Of a DNA stretch of 64,000 nt, positions 25,420 to 35,902 are shown in pieces; position 1 is the stretch's first letter, and each line of letters opens with the position of its first letter. A program made the translations under genes and the position numbers. Source of the DNA: Mobula birostris. Lineage: Eukaryota. The stretch lies in contig NC_092396.1 of assembly GCF_030028105.1 (NCBI RefSeq), positions 40,610,068 to 40,674,067 of the forward strand, written 5' to 3'. The notes below the pieces were generated by a model. It saw only the letters and a program-made list of their open reading frames with translations, ran no database searches and had not been told where the DNA came from.

Positions 25420-25646
25420 TCTTCCCCTTTATCCCCCATCCCATCTTTCATCTTTCTCAACGCTGCCCTCCTCCTTTCTAAGAATAGTACACCTTTCCTT
25501 CATTATTCTTCAGTCTTTGTCTCACTCTCCGTTTCTCCTCCTGCCATCTTTCCCCTCTGTAGCTCCCCTGTGCTTCTCCCTTCTCTCCACTTCTTCCCCT
25601 CCCCTCCCCTCTGCTTCCCCTTCCCTCCCCTCTGCTTCCCCTTCCC
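25420..25646. repeat. Polypyrimidine low-complexity tract
   Basis: C/T-rich sequence with repeated CCCTCCCCTCTGCTTCCCCTT. Confidence 0.7.
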
Positions 25647-25732
25647 AGGCAGTCCAGTAGTACAGTAAGTCAAACTCTTTCCCCACAGCTCCAATGACTG
25701 GGGTTCAATCCTGGCTTGGGGTCTGTCAAAGT

Positions 25733-26210
25733 CCAAAAGTTCAAAGTGAATTTATTATCAAAGTACGTACATGTCACCATCCTGTGCCCTGAGATTCATT
25801 TTCTTGCGCTATAATACAATCAATGAAACACCATACACTGACAAACAATGAATATACAAAAGACAAAACTGTGCAAATAAAAAATAAAAAAATAATATTG
25901 AGAACATGAGTTGTAAAGTCCTTGAAAGTCAGTCCATATGGTGTGGAATCAGTTCAGTGCTGAGGTGAATGAAGTTATCCATGCTGGTTCAAGAACCCAA
26001 AGGTTGATCCTGGTGACGTGGGACCTATAGCTCCTGAATCTTCCCGGGGGCAGCAGTGAAGAGATGATGCATGCAACTTTCTTAAGGCAGTGCTCCTTGT
26101 AGATGTGCTCAGTGGTGGGGAGGGGATTTTTTTCCAGTGATGTATTGGGCTGTATCCCCCACCGTTTGTAGTTCTTGGGCATTGGTGTTTCCATACCAGG
26201 CCAAAATCTA
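25733..26210 (-). mobile_element. Rex1/Babar-type 3' fragment inserted in a SINE
   Basis: TTTGAAC tail and LPTTEHIYKEHCLKKVACII peptide. Confidence 0.7.
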
Positions 26211-26389
26211 TTGTTGATTTTGCAGGTTCTCTTTGTTTTCCTCATTACATTCCTGAGTGGTTTAGTTTGGGGGTTGATAACTACTGTAGTGTGTAAGGTG
26301 AATGATAGCATCTGAGGAAGTTAGTGGAAGAGTACTGAGAATAAAATGTCACTAGGATAGACGGGTGTTTGCACTCAGTGTCAGCAAGA

Positions 26390-27200
26390 CCTAAGAGCTG
26401 ATTGTGGATTTCAGGAAGGATAAGATGAGGCAACACAAACCCATCCTCATTGGGGGATCAGAACTGAAGAGAATGAGCAATTTTAAGTTCCTGGGTGTCA
26501 ATGTCTCTGAGGACCTAACCTGGATGCAACATATTGATGCAGCAATAAAGGCGGCAAGACAGTGGCTATATTCCATTCAGAGTTCGAGATTTGGTTTGTC
26601 ACCTAAAACACTCGAAAACTTCTACAAATATATTGTGGAGAGCATTCTGTGGCTGCATCACATCTGGCATGTGGAGGGGGGAGGCACAAGATCGAAATAA
26701 GTTGCAGAAACTTGTAAAATTCGTCAGATCTATCAGTCTCCGTAGCATCCAAGATATTTTGAAGGAACAGTTCCACCACCCAGGACATGCCCTGTTCACA
26801 CTGTTACCATTGAGAAGGAGGTACAGAAGCCTGAAGGCACTCACTCAGCGATTCAGGAACATCTTCCCCTCTGACATCTGATTTCTAAATGGACATTGAA
26901 CCCATCAACACAGCAGGTCAGGCAGCATCCGTAGAAGCTACCAGCCTTCTCCTTCCCACCCTCCCCCCACCTTCTTTAAAGGGCCTCTGCCCCTTCCCTC
27001 TTCAGTCCTGATGAAGGGTTCCAGCCCGAAGCGTTGACTGATCGTTTCCACGGATGCTGCCTGACCTGCTGCATTCCTCCAACGTGTTGTGAGTGTTGCT
27101 TTGACCCCAGCATCTGCAGAGCATTTTGTGAACCCATCAACACTACCTCCATTTTTCTGTTACTTCACACTGCTTAACTTAACCTCCTGTTTAATAGACA
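26390..27200 (+). mobile_element. Rex1/Babar-type fragment hosting a Penelope-derived insert
   Basis: ELIVDFRK, FKFLGVNVSEDLTW, HHPGHALFTLLP. Confidence 0.8.
26912..27128 (+). mobile_element. 217-bp Penelope-derived insert with hammerhead motif and 15-bp TSD
   Basis: TSD TGAACCCATCAACAC at 26897-26911 and 27129-27143. Motif cagtc-CTGATGA-agggttccagccc-GAAG-cg-TT-gactg at 27003-27040. The 5' ~25 nt is inverted relative to 27045-27070. Confidence 0.85.
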
Positions 27201-27214
27201 AATATATATATATA

Positions 27215-27608
27215 TTAGATTAGATTAGATTCAACTTTATTGTCATTGTGCCGAGTACAGATACAAAGCCAATGAAATGCATTTAGCATCTGACCAGAAA
27301 TGCAAAGAATAGTGTTATTTACAAAATAACTGCGAATAAAAGAAATGCTACAGCACACAAATATAAAAGTACTGAGACAGTACAATATGGGTGCAATACT
27401 GCTTAGTGCTGTGATGAGAGGTTCAGCAGTGTCACAGCCTCAGGGAAGAAGCTCTTCCTGTGCCTGCTGGTGCAGGAGCGGAGGCTCCTGTAATGCCTAC
27501 AGGATGGGAGGAGAGTAAAGTCCATGGTTAGGGTGAGATTCATCCCTGATAATGCTTTTCACCCTGCCCAGGCAGCATTTATGGTAGATGTTCTCAATGG
27601 TGGGCAAT
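27215..27608 (-). mobile_element. Rex1/Babar-type 3' end with (TTAGA)n tail
   Basis: Short-repeat tail followed by an RT C-terminal remnant. Confidence 0.7.
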
Positions 27609-27892
27609 ATATATTTTCTATATCATATATTTCATTGTATTTCACGTTGAGAATTTCCTTCCCACCCTCTGTTAATACTGTTTGACCTGCTGAGATTCCC
27701 CAACGTTTTTCTGTGTTGACCCTTCTCTATCTGACCGATTTAAGTGTCTGTCTAAGTGGCTCTTAAACACAGGAGCTGTATCTGACTCCCATCAGCTTCT
27801 CTGGCTGCCGCTCCCTGTGTAAAATAAAAATCCCCTCTGATCCTTTGTATGGACTCCTTTGGATGTCCTCTCGTTTTTTTTTATATGCCCCA

Positions 27893-28547
27893 AGTGCCCC
27901 TCACTGATCTTGCCCCCCAGTGCCCCTCACTGATCTCGCCCCCCAGTGCCCCTCACTGATCTCGCCCCCAAGTGCCCCTCACTGATCTCGCCCTGAAGTG
28001 CCCCTCACTGATCTTGCCCCCCCAAATGCCCCTCACTGAACTCGCCCCCCCCAAATGCCCCTCACTGAACTCGCCCCCCCAAATGCCCCTCACTGAACTC
28101 GCCCCCAGTGTCCCTCACTGATCTTGCCCCGAAGTGCCCCTTACTGATCTTGCCCCCCAGTGCCCCTCACTGATCTCGCCCCCAAGTGCCCCTCACTGAT
28201 CTCGCCCCCCAGTGTCCCTCACTGATCTTGTCCCGAAGTGCCCCTCACTGATCTCGCCCCCCAGTGCCCCTCACTGATCTTGCCCCGAAGTGCCCCTTAC
28301 TGATCTTGCCCCCCCAGTGTCCCTCACTGATCTCGCCCCCCAGTGCCCCTCACTGATCTCGCCCCCCAGTGCCCCTCACTGATCTCGCCCCCCAGTGTCC
28401 CTCACTGATCTTGCCCCCCAGTGCCCCTCACTGATCTTGCCCCGAAGTGCCCCTTACTGATCTTGCCCCCCCGTGTCCCTCACTGATCTCGCCCCCAAGT
28501 GCCCCTCACTGATCTCGCCCCCCAGTGTCTCTCACTGATCTCGCCCC
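27893..28547. repeat. Minisatellite, 25 copies of ~26 bp (AGTGCCCCTCACTGATCTCGCCCCCC)
   Basis: 25 ACTGA cores counted at ~26-bp spacing. Units are contiguous, with variants and no unique spacers. Confidence 0.95.
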
Positions 28548-28549
28548 AA

Positions 28550-29480
28550 CCACTTCCTCCAGCTCACCTCTCACCGGCTGTCAGCTCTGCCCGGGCTCCC
28601 ATCCCTCCGCTGCTCGCCGCTGCCGACCTAACGCCCCCTCCGTCTCGACCAATCCCGATCGCAGAAGTGAGGTTGCGTGGGCGGGGCTGACGGCGGATTG
28701 GCCGAGGCCGTAGTCAGTCTGGCGCCGGCTCTCCATAAAGCCGAGCGGCCCGGCGCGTGTGGTCTCCTGGCTCATCGTGGTGCGGCTGCGTTGCTGCCGG
28801 CGGGCGTGCGTGCGGGCGGGCAGGCAGGCAGGCGTCGGTGCCTCCACCGCAGGCAGGCGTCGGTGCCTCCACCACAGGCAACCAGAGCCGGCCGGTCGGC
28901 CCTGAGCTACCGAGAGATACCCGGCCGTCGGGCACCCAGGGATACCCGAGCAAGCCCGGCAGACACCGAGCGAAACCCGTCAGCAGGCCCCACAGGCACC
29001 GAGCGAACCTGGTCGGCGGTTCTGGAGCGCACCGGCATCCGGCAATGGACATCATAAAGAGCGGCTGGTTCACTGAGACCTCCACACTATGGCCGGGCCA
29101 AGCCTTGTCGCTGGAAGTGGAAGAGATCCTCTACCATCAGAGATCTTCTTTTCAGGACGTGGTTGTCTTCAAAAGGTCAGAAAATTCCAGCCGATTCTGG
29201 GAGATAACAACGTGTATGGCTCGTTTATAAAAAGGAAGGGAATGAAAATGTCCCTGTGAGTGGTTGTAGTAGATCAGCGCAGGTTAGGCCCGGTGCGAAA
29301 CTGACACCCGGCCGGCCACCCGTGCAGGGGAAATCCCAACCTTACTAACGTGTCCGGAGCATTTAATCGCATCTGCTTTTGTGTAGCGCCACTGACGTGG
29401 CAAAGACGTGCTAAGGTGAGCGATATATCAAGTAAAATCTGGCACGGAACCCCCTGTTTGGGCTAGGTCAACGAAGTAGC
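28550..29480 (+). promoter_or_regulatory. SRM: SRM CpG island and promoter
   Basis: The only strongly CpG-rich non-repeat stretch in the window. CCAAT 28649-28653, GC box GGGCGGGG 28679-28686, inverted CCAAT (ATTGG) 28697-28701, TATA-like CATAAA 28734-28739. Confidence 0.85.
29045..29175 (+). CDS. SRM: Spermidine synthase exon 1 (coding part)
   Basis: gcaATGG Kozak context. Encodes [43 protein letters not shown](S). Donor AAAAG|gtcag, 131 nt. Confidence 0.96.
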
Positions 29481-29667
29481 GTCTTAAAAGTGGGAGAAAG
29501 GTATTTTTTAGTGGGTCTGGGGGTTTGTTCTAGGGTCGAGGGCCTAGATATCTATAACGATTGCCAGTGGTTGCATTGGTTTGTCAGAGAGGTTGAAATC
29601 AGTGAAATAAAGTTATGAGAGCAATTATTAACGGAGGAGGGTAGGCATGGATTTAAACCTGAAGATA

Positions 29668-31040
29668 CAGATAGAGCACCCCTTATCTGAAATGTTTGGG
29701 TAGGAATTATTTCGGATTTTGGGATATTTGGCTCTATATAAGGTGATGCCTTGAGGATACCAAATCTAAACAGAAAATCCATTTGCATCGCATATACTCT
29801 GAAGGTAATTTTGTACAGTAATTTTCTGCATGAAACAATTCTGTGTACATTGAATCATCAGAAAGATAAGCTGTTGCTACCACAGCAGTCCAGATGGACA
29901 GTTAGTGGCTATTTGACATCACTATCATTCCCTACTGGTAAGGAAAATTTGTCTTACACTTGTTCATCACACATATGTACTGATTCAGCTGTTCAGTGTT
30001 AGACTTTCATCAGCAATAATCTTGGCAAACTTATCAATGAATTGTGCTTCATCCGCCAGAAGTGGGATCTCAGTGGCCACTCATTTTAGCTCCACCTCCC
30101 ATTCCCATACTGTCGTGATGAGACCACACTCATATTGGAAGAACAATACCTTATACTCTGTCTTGGTATTCTCCATCCTGATGGCATGAACATTGATTTC
30201 TCAAACTTCCAGTAATCTCTTCTACCTAAGTCCTTCACCATTCCCTCTCTTACCTTATCTCCTTGCTCACCCATCGCCTCCTCCCTTTTCTTTCTTCCAT
30301 GTCCTTCTGTCCTCTCCTACCAGACTCCCCCTTCTCCGGTCCTGTATTTCTTTCACCAATGAACTTTCCAGCTCTTTATTTCATGCCTCCCCCTCCCATT
30401 TTCACCTATCACCTTGTGTTTCTCTCTTTTCTCCACCACCTTTCAAATCTAATCCTCATCTTTTTATCTCTCCAATCCTGCCAAAGGGTCTTGGCCCAAA
30501 ATGTCAACTGTACATTTTTTTTCCATAGATGCTGCCTGGCCTGCTGAGTCCCTTCAGCATTTTGTTCTGTGTTGTCTGGATTTCCAGTTTCTGAAGATTT
30601 TCTCTTGTTTGTGAATGAATTTCTCTGCTGCTTCATGATCAAAAGACACTTTGTTGCCACAAATCTTTTACAAATTTAATACGGTATCTTTTCTTAAGTT
30701 TCTGAAACCAGCCTGCTGAATATTCCTTCAATTTTCTGTTCATCGTTGTTTCACGATCAGTATACCATTAAGCGGCAGGTGTTTGCTCCGATACTGATAA
30801 ATCCACTCTTTCCATATACGATCAAGACTTTCATTTTTCACTTTATTCAGTGTTTTTCATTAACTTCTGCTCATTATATATGTGGGGTCACTTTTCAGAA
30901 CTCTGTTGTTCAGTGACCTGTACGTCACCTGGGAGCATTCCCAGCTTCTTGTGGAATTCCCCATTTGTGAAGTCATGTCAATGTTCAAACATTATGGAGT
31001 TTGGAGGATTTCAGATTTTGGATAAGGGGTGCTCAACCTG
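29668..31040. mobile_element. Tigger/pogo-type DNA transposon remnant (Tigger4/Zombi-like ends)
   Basis: TA|CAGATAGAGCACCCCTTATCTGAAAT ... TTTTGGATAAGGGGTGCTCAACCTG|TA. A lone matching end also occurs at ~50075-50111. Confidence 0.8.
30044..30613 (+). mobile_element. Penelope 3' fragment nested in the Tigger element
   Basis: Homologous to 22220-22790, flanked by AATGAATT at 30036-30043 and 30614-30621. Degenerate hammerhead motif at ~30474-30510. Confidence 0.8.
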
Positions 31041-31507
31041 TAATTATAAAATGTGGGCTTTGCTGACTTGGAGAACTGCTGGTACCACCAAGTTGTTAAT
31101 GGACTGGAGGAGGTTAGAGAGGCAAGAATGTTGACATTTTAGCTTTGTCAGATTGTGTATCAGTGATGCCAGCAAATTTTCAAAAGGTAGTTGAATTGGA
31201 TTTGAGACTAAGGGTGTGGGGTGGTAAAGTTTTGGATATCATACTTGTGTTTTATCGAAAAGTAGAATAGCAGTGCACCCATTAACCATCTCTGCCCTGT
31301 CTTATGTTAACTTTCATTTTGCTAGGTCAATTCATAATTTTGAGTCATTTCATAAGGTAGAAATAAATGTAAAGGCAATTGTATTCTAAAGTAAATTGCA
31401 ATTCATCTTTGGGTTTTTATTCTGCCTTTAGTTAGAATACAAACAAAATATGTTTGAATTTGTCTAATCCATTGTGCTCAAACAAGTTCTTACATACCGT
31501 CATATAC

Positions 31508-32199
31508 CAGTCATTGAAAGTGGGCATGCAGGTACAGCAGGCGGTGAAAAAGGCGAATGGTATGCTGGCATTCATAGCAAGAGGATTCAAGTACAGGAGC
31601 AGGGAGGTACTACTGCAGTTGTACAAGGCCTTGGTGAGACCGCACCTGGAACATTGTGTGCAGTTTTGGCCCCCTAATCTGAGGAAAGACATTCTTGCCA
31701 TAGAGGGAGTACAGAGAAGGTTCGCCAGATTGATTCCTGGGATGGCAGGACTTTCATATGATGAAAGACTGGATCAACTAAGCTTATACCCGCTGGAATT
31801 TAGAAGATTGAGGGGGGATCTTATTGAAACGTATAAAATCCTAAAAGGATTGGACAGGCTAGATGCAGGAAGATTGTTCCCAATGTTGGGGAAGTCCAGA
31901 ACGAGGGGTCACAGTTTAAGGATAAAGGGGAAGCCTTTTAGGACCGAGATGAGGAAAAACTTCTTCACACAGAGATTGGTGAATCTGTGGAATTCTCTGT
32001 CACAGGAAACAGTTGAGGCTAGTTCATTGGCTATATTTAAGAGGAAGTTAGATATGGCCCTTGTGGCTAAAGGGATCAGGGGGTATGGAGGGAAGGCTGG
32101 TACGGGGTTCTGAGTTGGATGATCAGTCATGATCATACTGAATGGCGGTGCAGGCTCGATGGGCCGAGTGGCCTACTCCACCTATTTTCTATGTTTCTA
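31508..32199 (+). mobile_element. Relatively young CR1 3' fragment
   Basis: Uninterrupted ORF2 C-terminus (LYKALVRPHLE...RRLRGDLIETYKI...RLVNLWNSL) and a CTATGTTT tail. Confidence 0.93.
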
Positions 32200-33897
32200 T
32201 AAGATATAGGAGCAGAATTAAGCTCTTTGGTCATTAAGTCTGCTCTGCCATTTCATCATTGCAGATCCATTTTGCTCACCGGCCCAATCTCTTGGCTTTT
32301 CCCCATATCCCTTCTTGCCCTGACTAATCAAGAATCTGTCAATCTTTGCCTAAGTGTACCCAATGATTTGGCTGGCCTCCACACCCACTTATGGCACCAA
32401 ATTCCACAGAATCACCACTCTCTGGCTAAAGAAATTCTTCCTCATCTTCATTCTAAATGGATATCCCTCTGTTTCAAGGTTGTATCCTCAGCTCTTAGAC
32501 CCCCTACCATAGGAAACATTCTCTCCACATGTACTCTGTCAAATGTTGAAAGGCCTCAGTAGGTTTCAATGAGCTTCCCCCCCCCGCCCCCCATTCTTTT
32601 GAATTCCAGCGAGTACAGGCCAAGAGCCATCAAGTGCTCCTCATATGATAAGCATTTCAATCCTGGAATCATTTTCATGAACCTCCTCTGAACCCGCTCA
32701 AATATCAGCACATCCTTTCTCGGATAAGAGGCCCAAAACTGCTCACAATACTTCTAAGTGTGGCCTCACCAGTGCCCGATAAAGCTGGAATATTACATCC
32801 TTGCTTATATATTCTAACCCTTTAGAAATGAATGCTAATGTTGCATTTACTTTTCTCACCAATGACTCAACCTGCAAATTAATCTTTTGGGAATTCTGCT
32901 TGAGGACTCCCAAGACTCTTTGCACCTCAGGTTTCTGAATTTTCTCTCAAGATAGAAAATAGTCTGATTTTATGTCTTATCAAAGTGCATGACCATGGGA
33001 CGCGGACCGGTACAGGGCCGCAAAGCATGTGCTACCGGGTCGTGAGGAAACGATATGAGTCAGCTGCACCTTTCCTCATTTCCCTGTCACGCACTGTTGA
33101 ACTTGACACAGGGTTGCCAACTGTCCCGTATTTGCCAGGACATTTTGTATGTTGGGCTAAATTGGTTCATCCCGTATTTCCCCCGTTAAGGTAGAGCATT
33201 CATATGAAACCTTTCATGCCGAAATGGTGTGAAGCGAAGAAACAATTACCATTAATTTATATGGGAAAAATTTTTGAGCGTTCCCAGACCCAAAAGATAA
33301 CCTACCAAATCATACCAAATAACATACAAAACTGAAAATAAATAACACTAACATACAGTAAAAGCAAGAATGATATGATAAATACACAGCTTATATAAAG
33401 TAGAAATAATGTATGTACAGTATAGTTGGGAAGATGAAGGCAAAACCGATTTGTGGGAGAAAAATTCAGCATGTACACGCAAGCGCACATCACGCATGTG
33501 CGCGCAGGTGCCCGCACAAGGCTTCATGGTCATGGTAGTCTTTCCTGGGGTAAAGTGTTCCGGGATTTGACTGCTACTTTTGTCCCTTATTTGGGAGTGA
33601 GAAAGTTGGCAACCCTAACTGTAAAAGACATGTTAAGGTGAGTTTAACTCTACTTGAAAACCCCCTGCCCCCTGGTCGGCCGGTCCACAAGAATATTGTC
33701 AATATTAAACTGGTCCACGGTGCAAAAAAGGTTGGGGACCCCTGCTGTATTGCATCAGCCACTTCTTTGCCTATTTTCCTAATCTGTCTTAAGTCCTTCT
33801 GTAGTGCCTCTGCTTCCTCAACACTACCTGCCCCTCCACCTAACTTTGTATTGTTCACAAACTTGGCCACAAAGCCATCAATTCCTTCATCCAATTG
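32200..33897 (-). mobile_element. CR1 fragment interrupted by hAT elements
   Basis: LYRALVRPHLE and GFVAKFVNNTKLGG. The CR1 sequence resumes at 33745. Confidence 0.85.
32998..33744. mobile_element. hAT-Charlie-type non-autonomous element (left TIR deleted) containing a second hAT MITE at 33109-33617
   Basis: Right end GGTGCAAAAAAGGTTGGGGACCCCTG. Inner TIRs CAGGGTTGCCAACT / AGTTGGCAACCCTA. Confidence 0.75.
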
Positions 33898-35126
33898 ATT
33901 CCAATTCTCAACTCTTTCTCTCTAGTCCAGGAAATTTGACCTTTAACTGTACAGCTAGCTCCTTTCAGAAGTTACTGCATCTCTTCATCTCTAAGCGTAG
34001 TGAAAAGTGATATTCAGCAGTGATTTCTTTAAAATCTGTTAACGTTTTCTCATGCTGCCTTTTGTCCTTTTTCTATTTACGTTGCATTTGTATTCTGTTG
34101 TGTAGTTTGAAACTGTTTATTCTGCTTATTCTTTTATAATCCTTCATCATTATGTAGCCTTAACAAATCTCTTTATTTTTTGTTTAAGAGCTCCAGCTTT
34201 CCAGCGTTTCATGCAATGGTGCTGTTTTAATGTTGAGGTCTAATCTTGTAAATGTTGACACTCCCTTTAAAGGTTTGAATTGTATTACTCCAGCTGAGGC
34301 ATAACCAATGTTTTAATCAGCATATCGTGTAGCTGACTTGCCATTGTCCTCACTTAAGCCACCAATCTTTGGCTTTTAATGAGTGGTCTTGGTTTGTTGC
34401 ACTACTTTTCAAGAACTTGTATACATACACCCAGATTTTAATGCCCTAGATTCATTTTAGAACTGGAGTTTTCCCCCATTTTAGCTGTTGTATGTCAGCC
34501 CACATAAGTCAGTGCGAAATGAGATCCTTCTCAAAGTTTATTACATTTGTGATTTGTCATCACTGCATACCCATCCAGTTTATCAGCTATTATGCATTTA
34601 ATCCAAAGTAGTCAACTGAGAGCAAATGAATGAGATTTTTTTTAAGAACTGCATTGATTATAACGTTCTATAGAAAACAAATCTTACACCCATGTAGCAC
34701 AGAAACACGGCCAATTGTGTCTGTGCCAGTCACCAACTTCCATTTACACTTAATTACTTACTCCTGTTATGCTTCTGGTAATTTGGGTTCTCCATTTCTC
34801 TCTGTCCTTGGCCATCTCTTCTCTGGTGTGGTTCAGAGTCCTCATTTCTGCCTCTATGTACTACACCAAACTGTTTTTAGTCTCCCATATTTAATCCGCC
34901 CTTCAGGGGTCCAATGAAGGAAGGTCTGTCTTAATGGAGTTGGCCTTTCTTCTCATCATGTGCCATTTACACCAATCTTGCATTAAGCCCCATTTTTAAA
35001 AATTCTTCCCTTTAATTTCCCTCAGATTCTACCACTCAGCTACAGGGGCAGTGGCAGTTTATAATGGCCAATCAACCTACCATCCTTGCATCTTTAAAAT
35101 ATGGGAGGAAACTGGAGTATTCTCTG

Positions 35127-35902
35127 AGGCTACGTCCACACTAGACCGGATAATTTTGAAAACGCCGGTTTTGCGTAAAAACAATAGGCGTCCACTCGAG
35201 GCGTTTTTGAAAATACCTCCGTCCACATTAAAATGGGTATTTGGGCGAATCTCCTCCTACTGGGCATGTGCAGGACACATCTACAGAAAACAAGCGAAGA
35301 GGAAACGGTATACTTGGCGCATGTTTGTCCAGTTACAGACTAGAAAAACTTAAAAGGAAATTGCCAAACAACGGACAGCTGTTGGCTCTCGCGCAGGAGG
35401 ACTTAAAACTAAAACAAACAAATACTGGAGCGTATGGAGGCAACCGACAGGGAGTTCACAGACAGTATGACCCGGCTGACGACGAACATTGAAAAACTGA
35501 CTAACTCTGTTGCAGAGGGATTTGCAATGATGAGGAATATGATGGCTCCCCCCCCCACCCCCCAAGTACTTTTCACCACCACAATACCAGCTTCACAGCC
35601 ACTACAGTAGCTACACATATGGACACACAGACCCCCGGGTGGCCCCACTCCCACAGAGGTGTCACCCTGAAAACATTTCCGACAGCCATAGTCTCTTCAC
35701 TGATGAAAGTGACAACAGGTTTTTTAAAACCTCCGGTTACCCTGTACACACTACAACGCCCAACCGGTGTTTTCAGATTTAAGTGTTTTAGAAAAGCTCA
35801 GTTTTCAGGGGAGGAAAAGGCCGTTTCAGTGTGGATGGAGAGTCAAAACGAAGAGAAAAAGCTTCGGTTACGGATTTATCCAGTCTAGTGTGGACGTAGC
35901 CT
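35127..35902 (+). mobile_element. PIF/Harbinger-type non-autonomous element
   Basis: Perfect inverted repeat CTGAGGCTACGTCCACACTAGAC / GTCTAGTGTGGACGTAGCCTCAG (35124-35146, 35883-35905) with a frameshifted coiled-coil-like coding remnant inside. Confidence 0.8.

Noticed and set aside
25648-25730. tRNA gene (GGTTCAATCC B-box); similar signal near 4075
   Set aside because: No cloverleaf. It is the tRNA-derived head of a SINE.
27893-28547. CRISPR-like array
   Set aside because: Units are contiguous with no unique spacers, there are no cas genes, and the context is vertebrate. It is a minisatellite.
28499-29085. Several overlapping ORFs on both strands in the CpG island as separate genes
   Set aside because: Expected from high GC content and few stop codons. 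Low-complexity Arg/Pro/Ala products.
31454-32113. 219-aa ORF as a host gene
   Set aside because: It is the C-terminus of CR1 ORF2 from a truncated copy.
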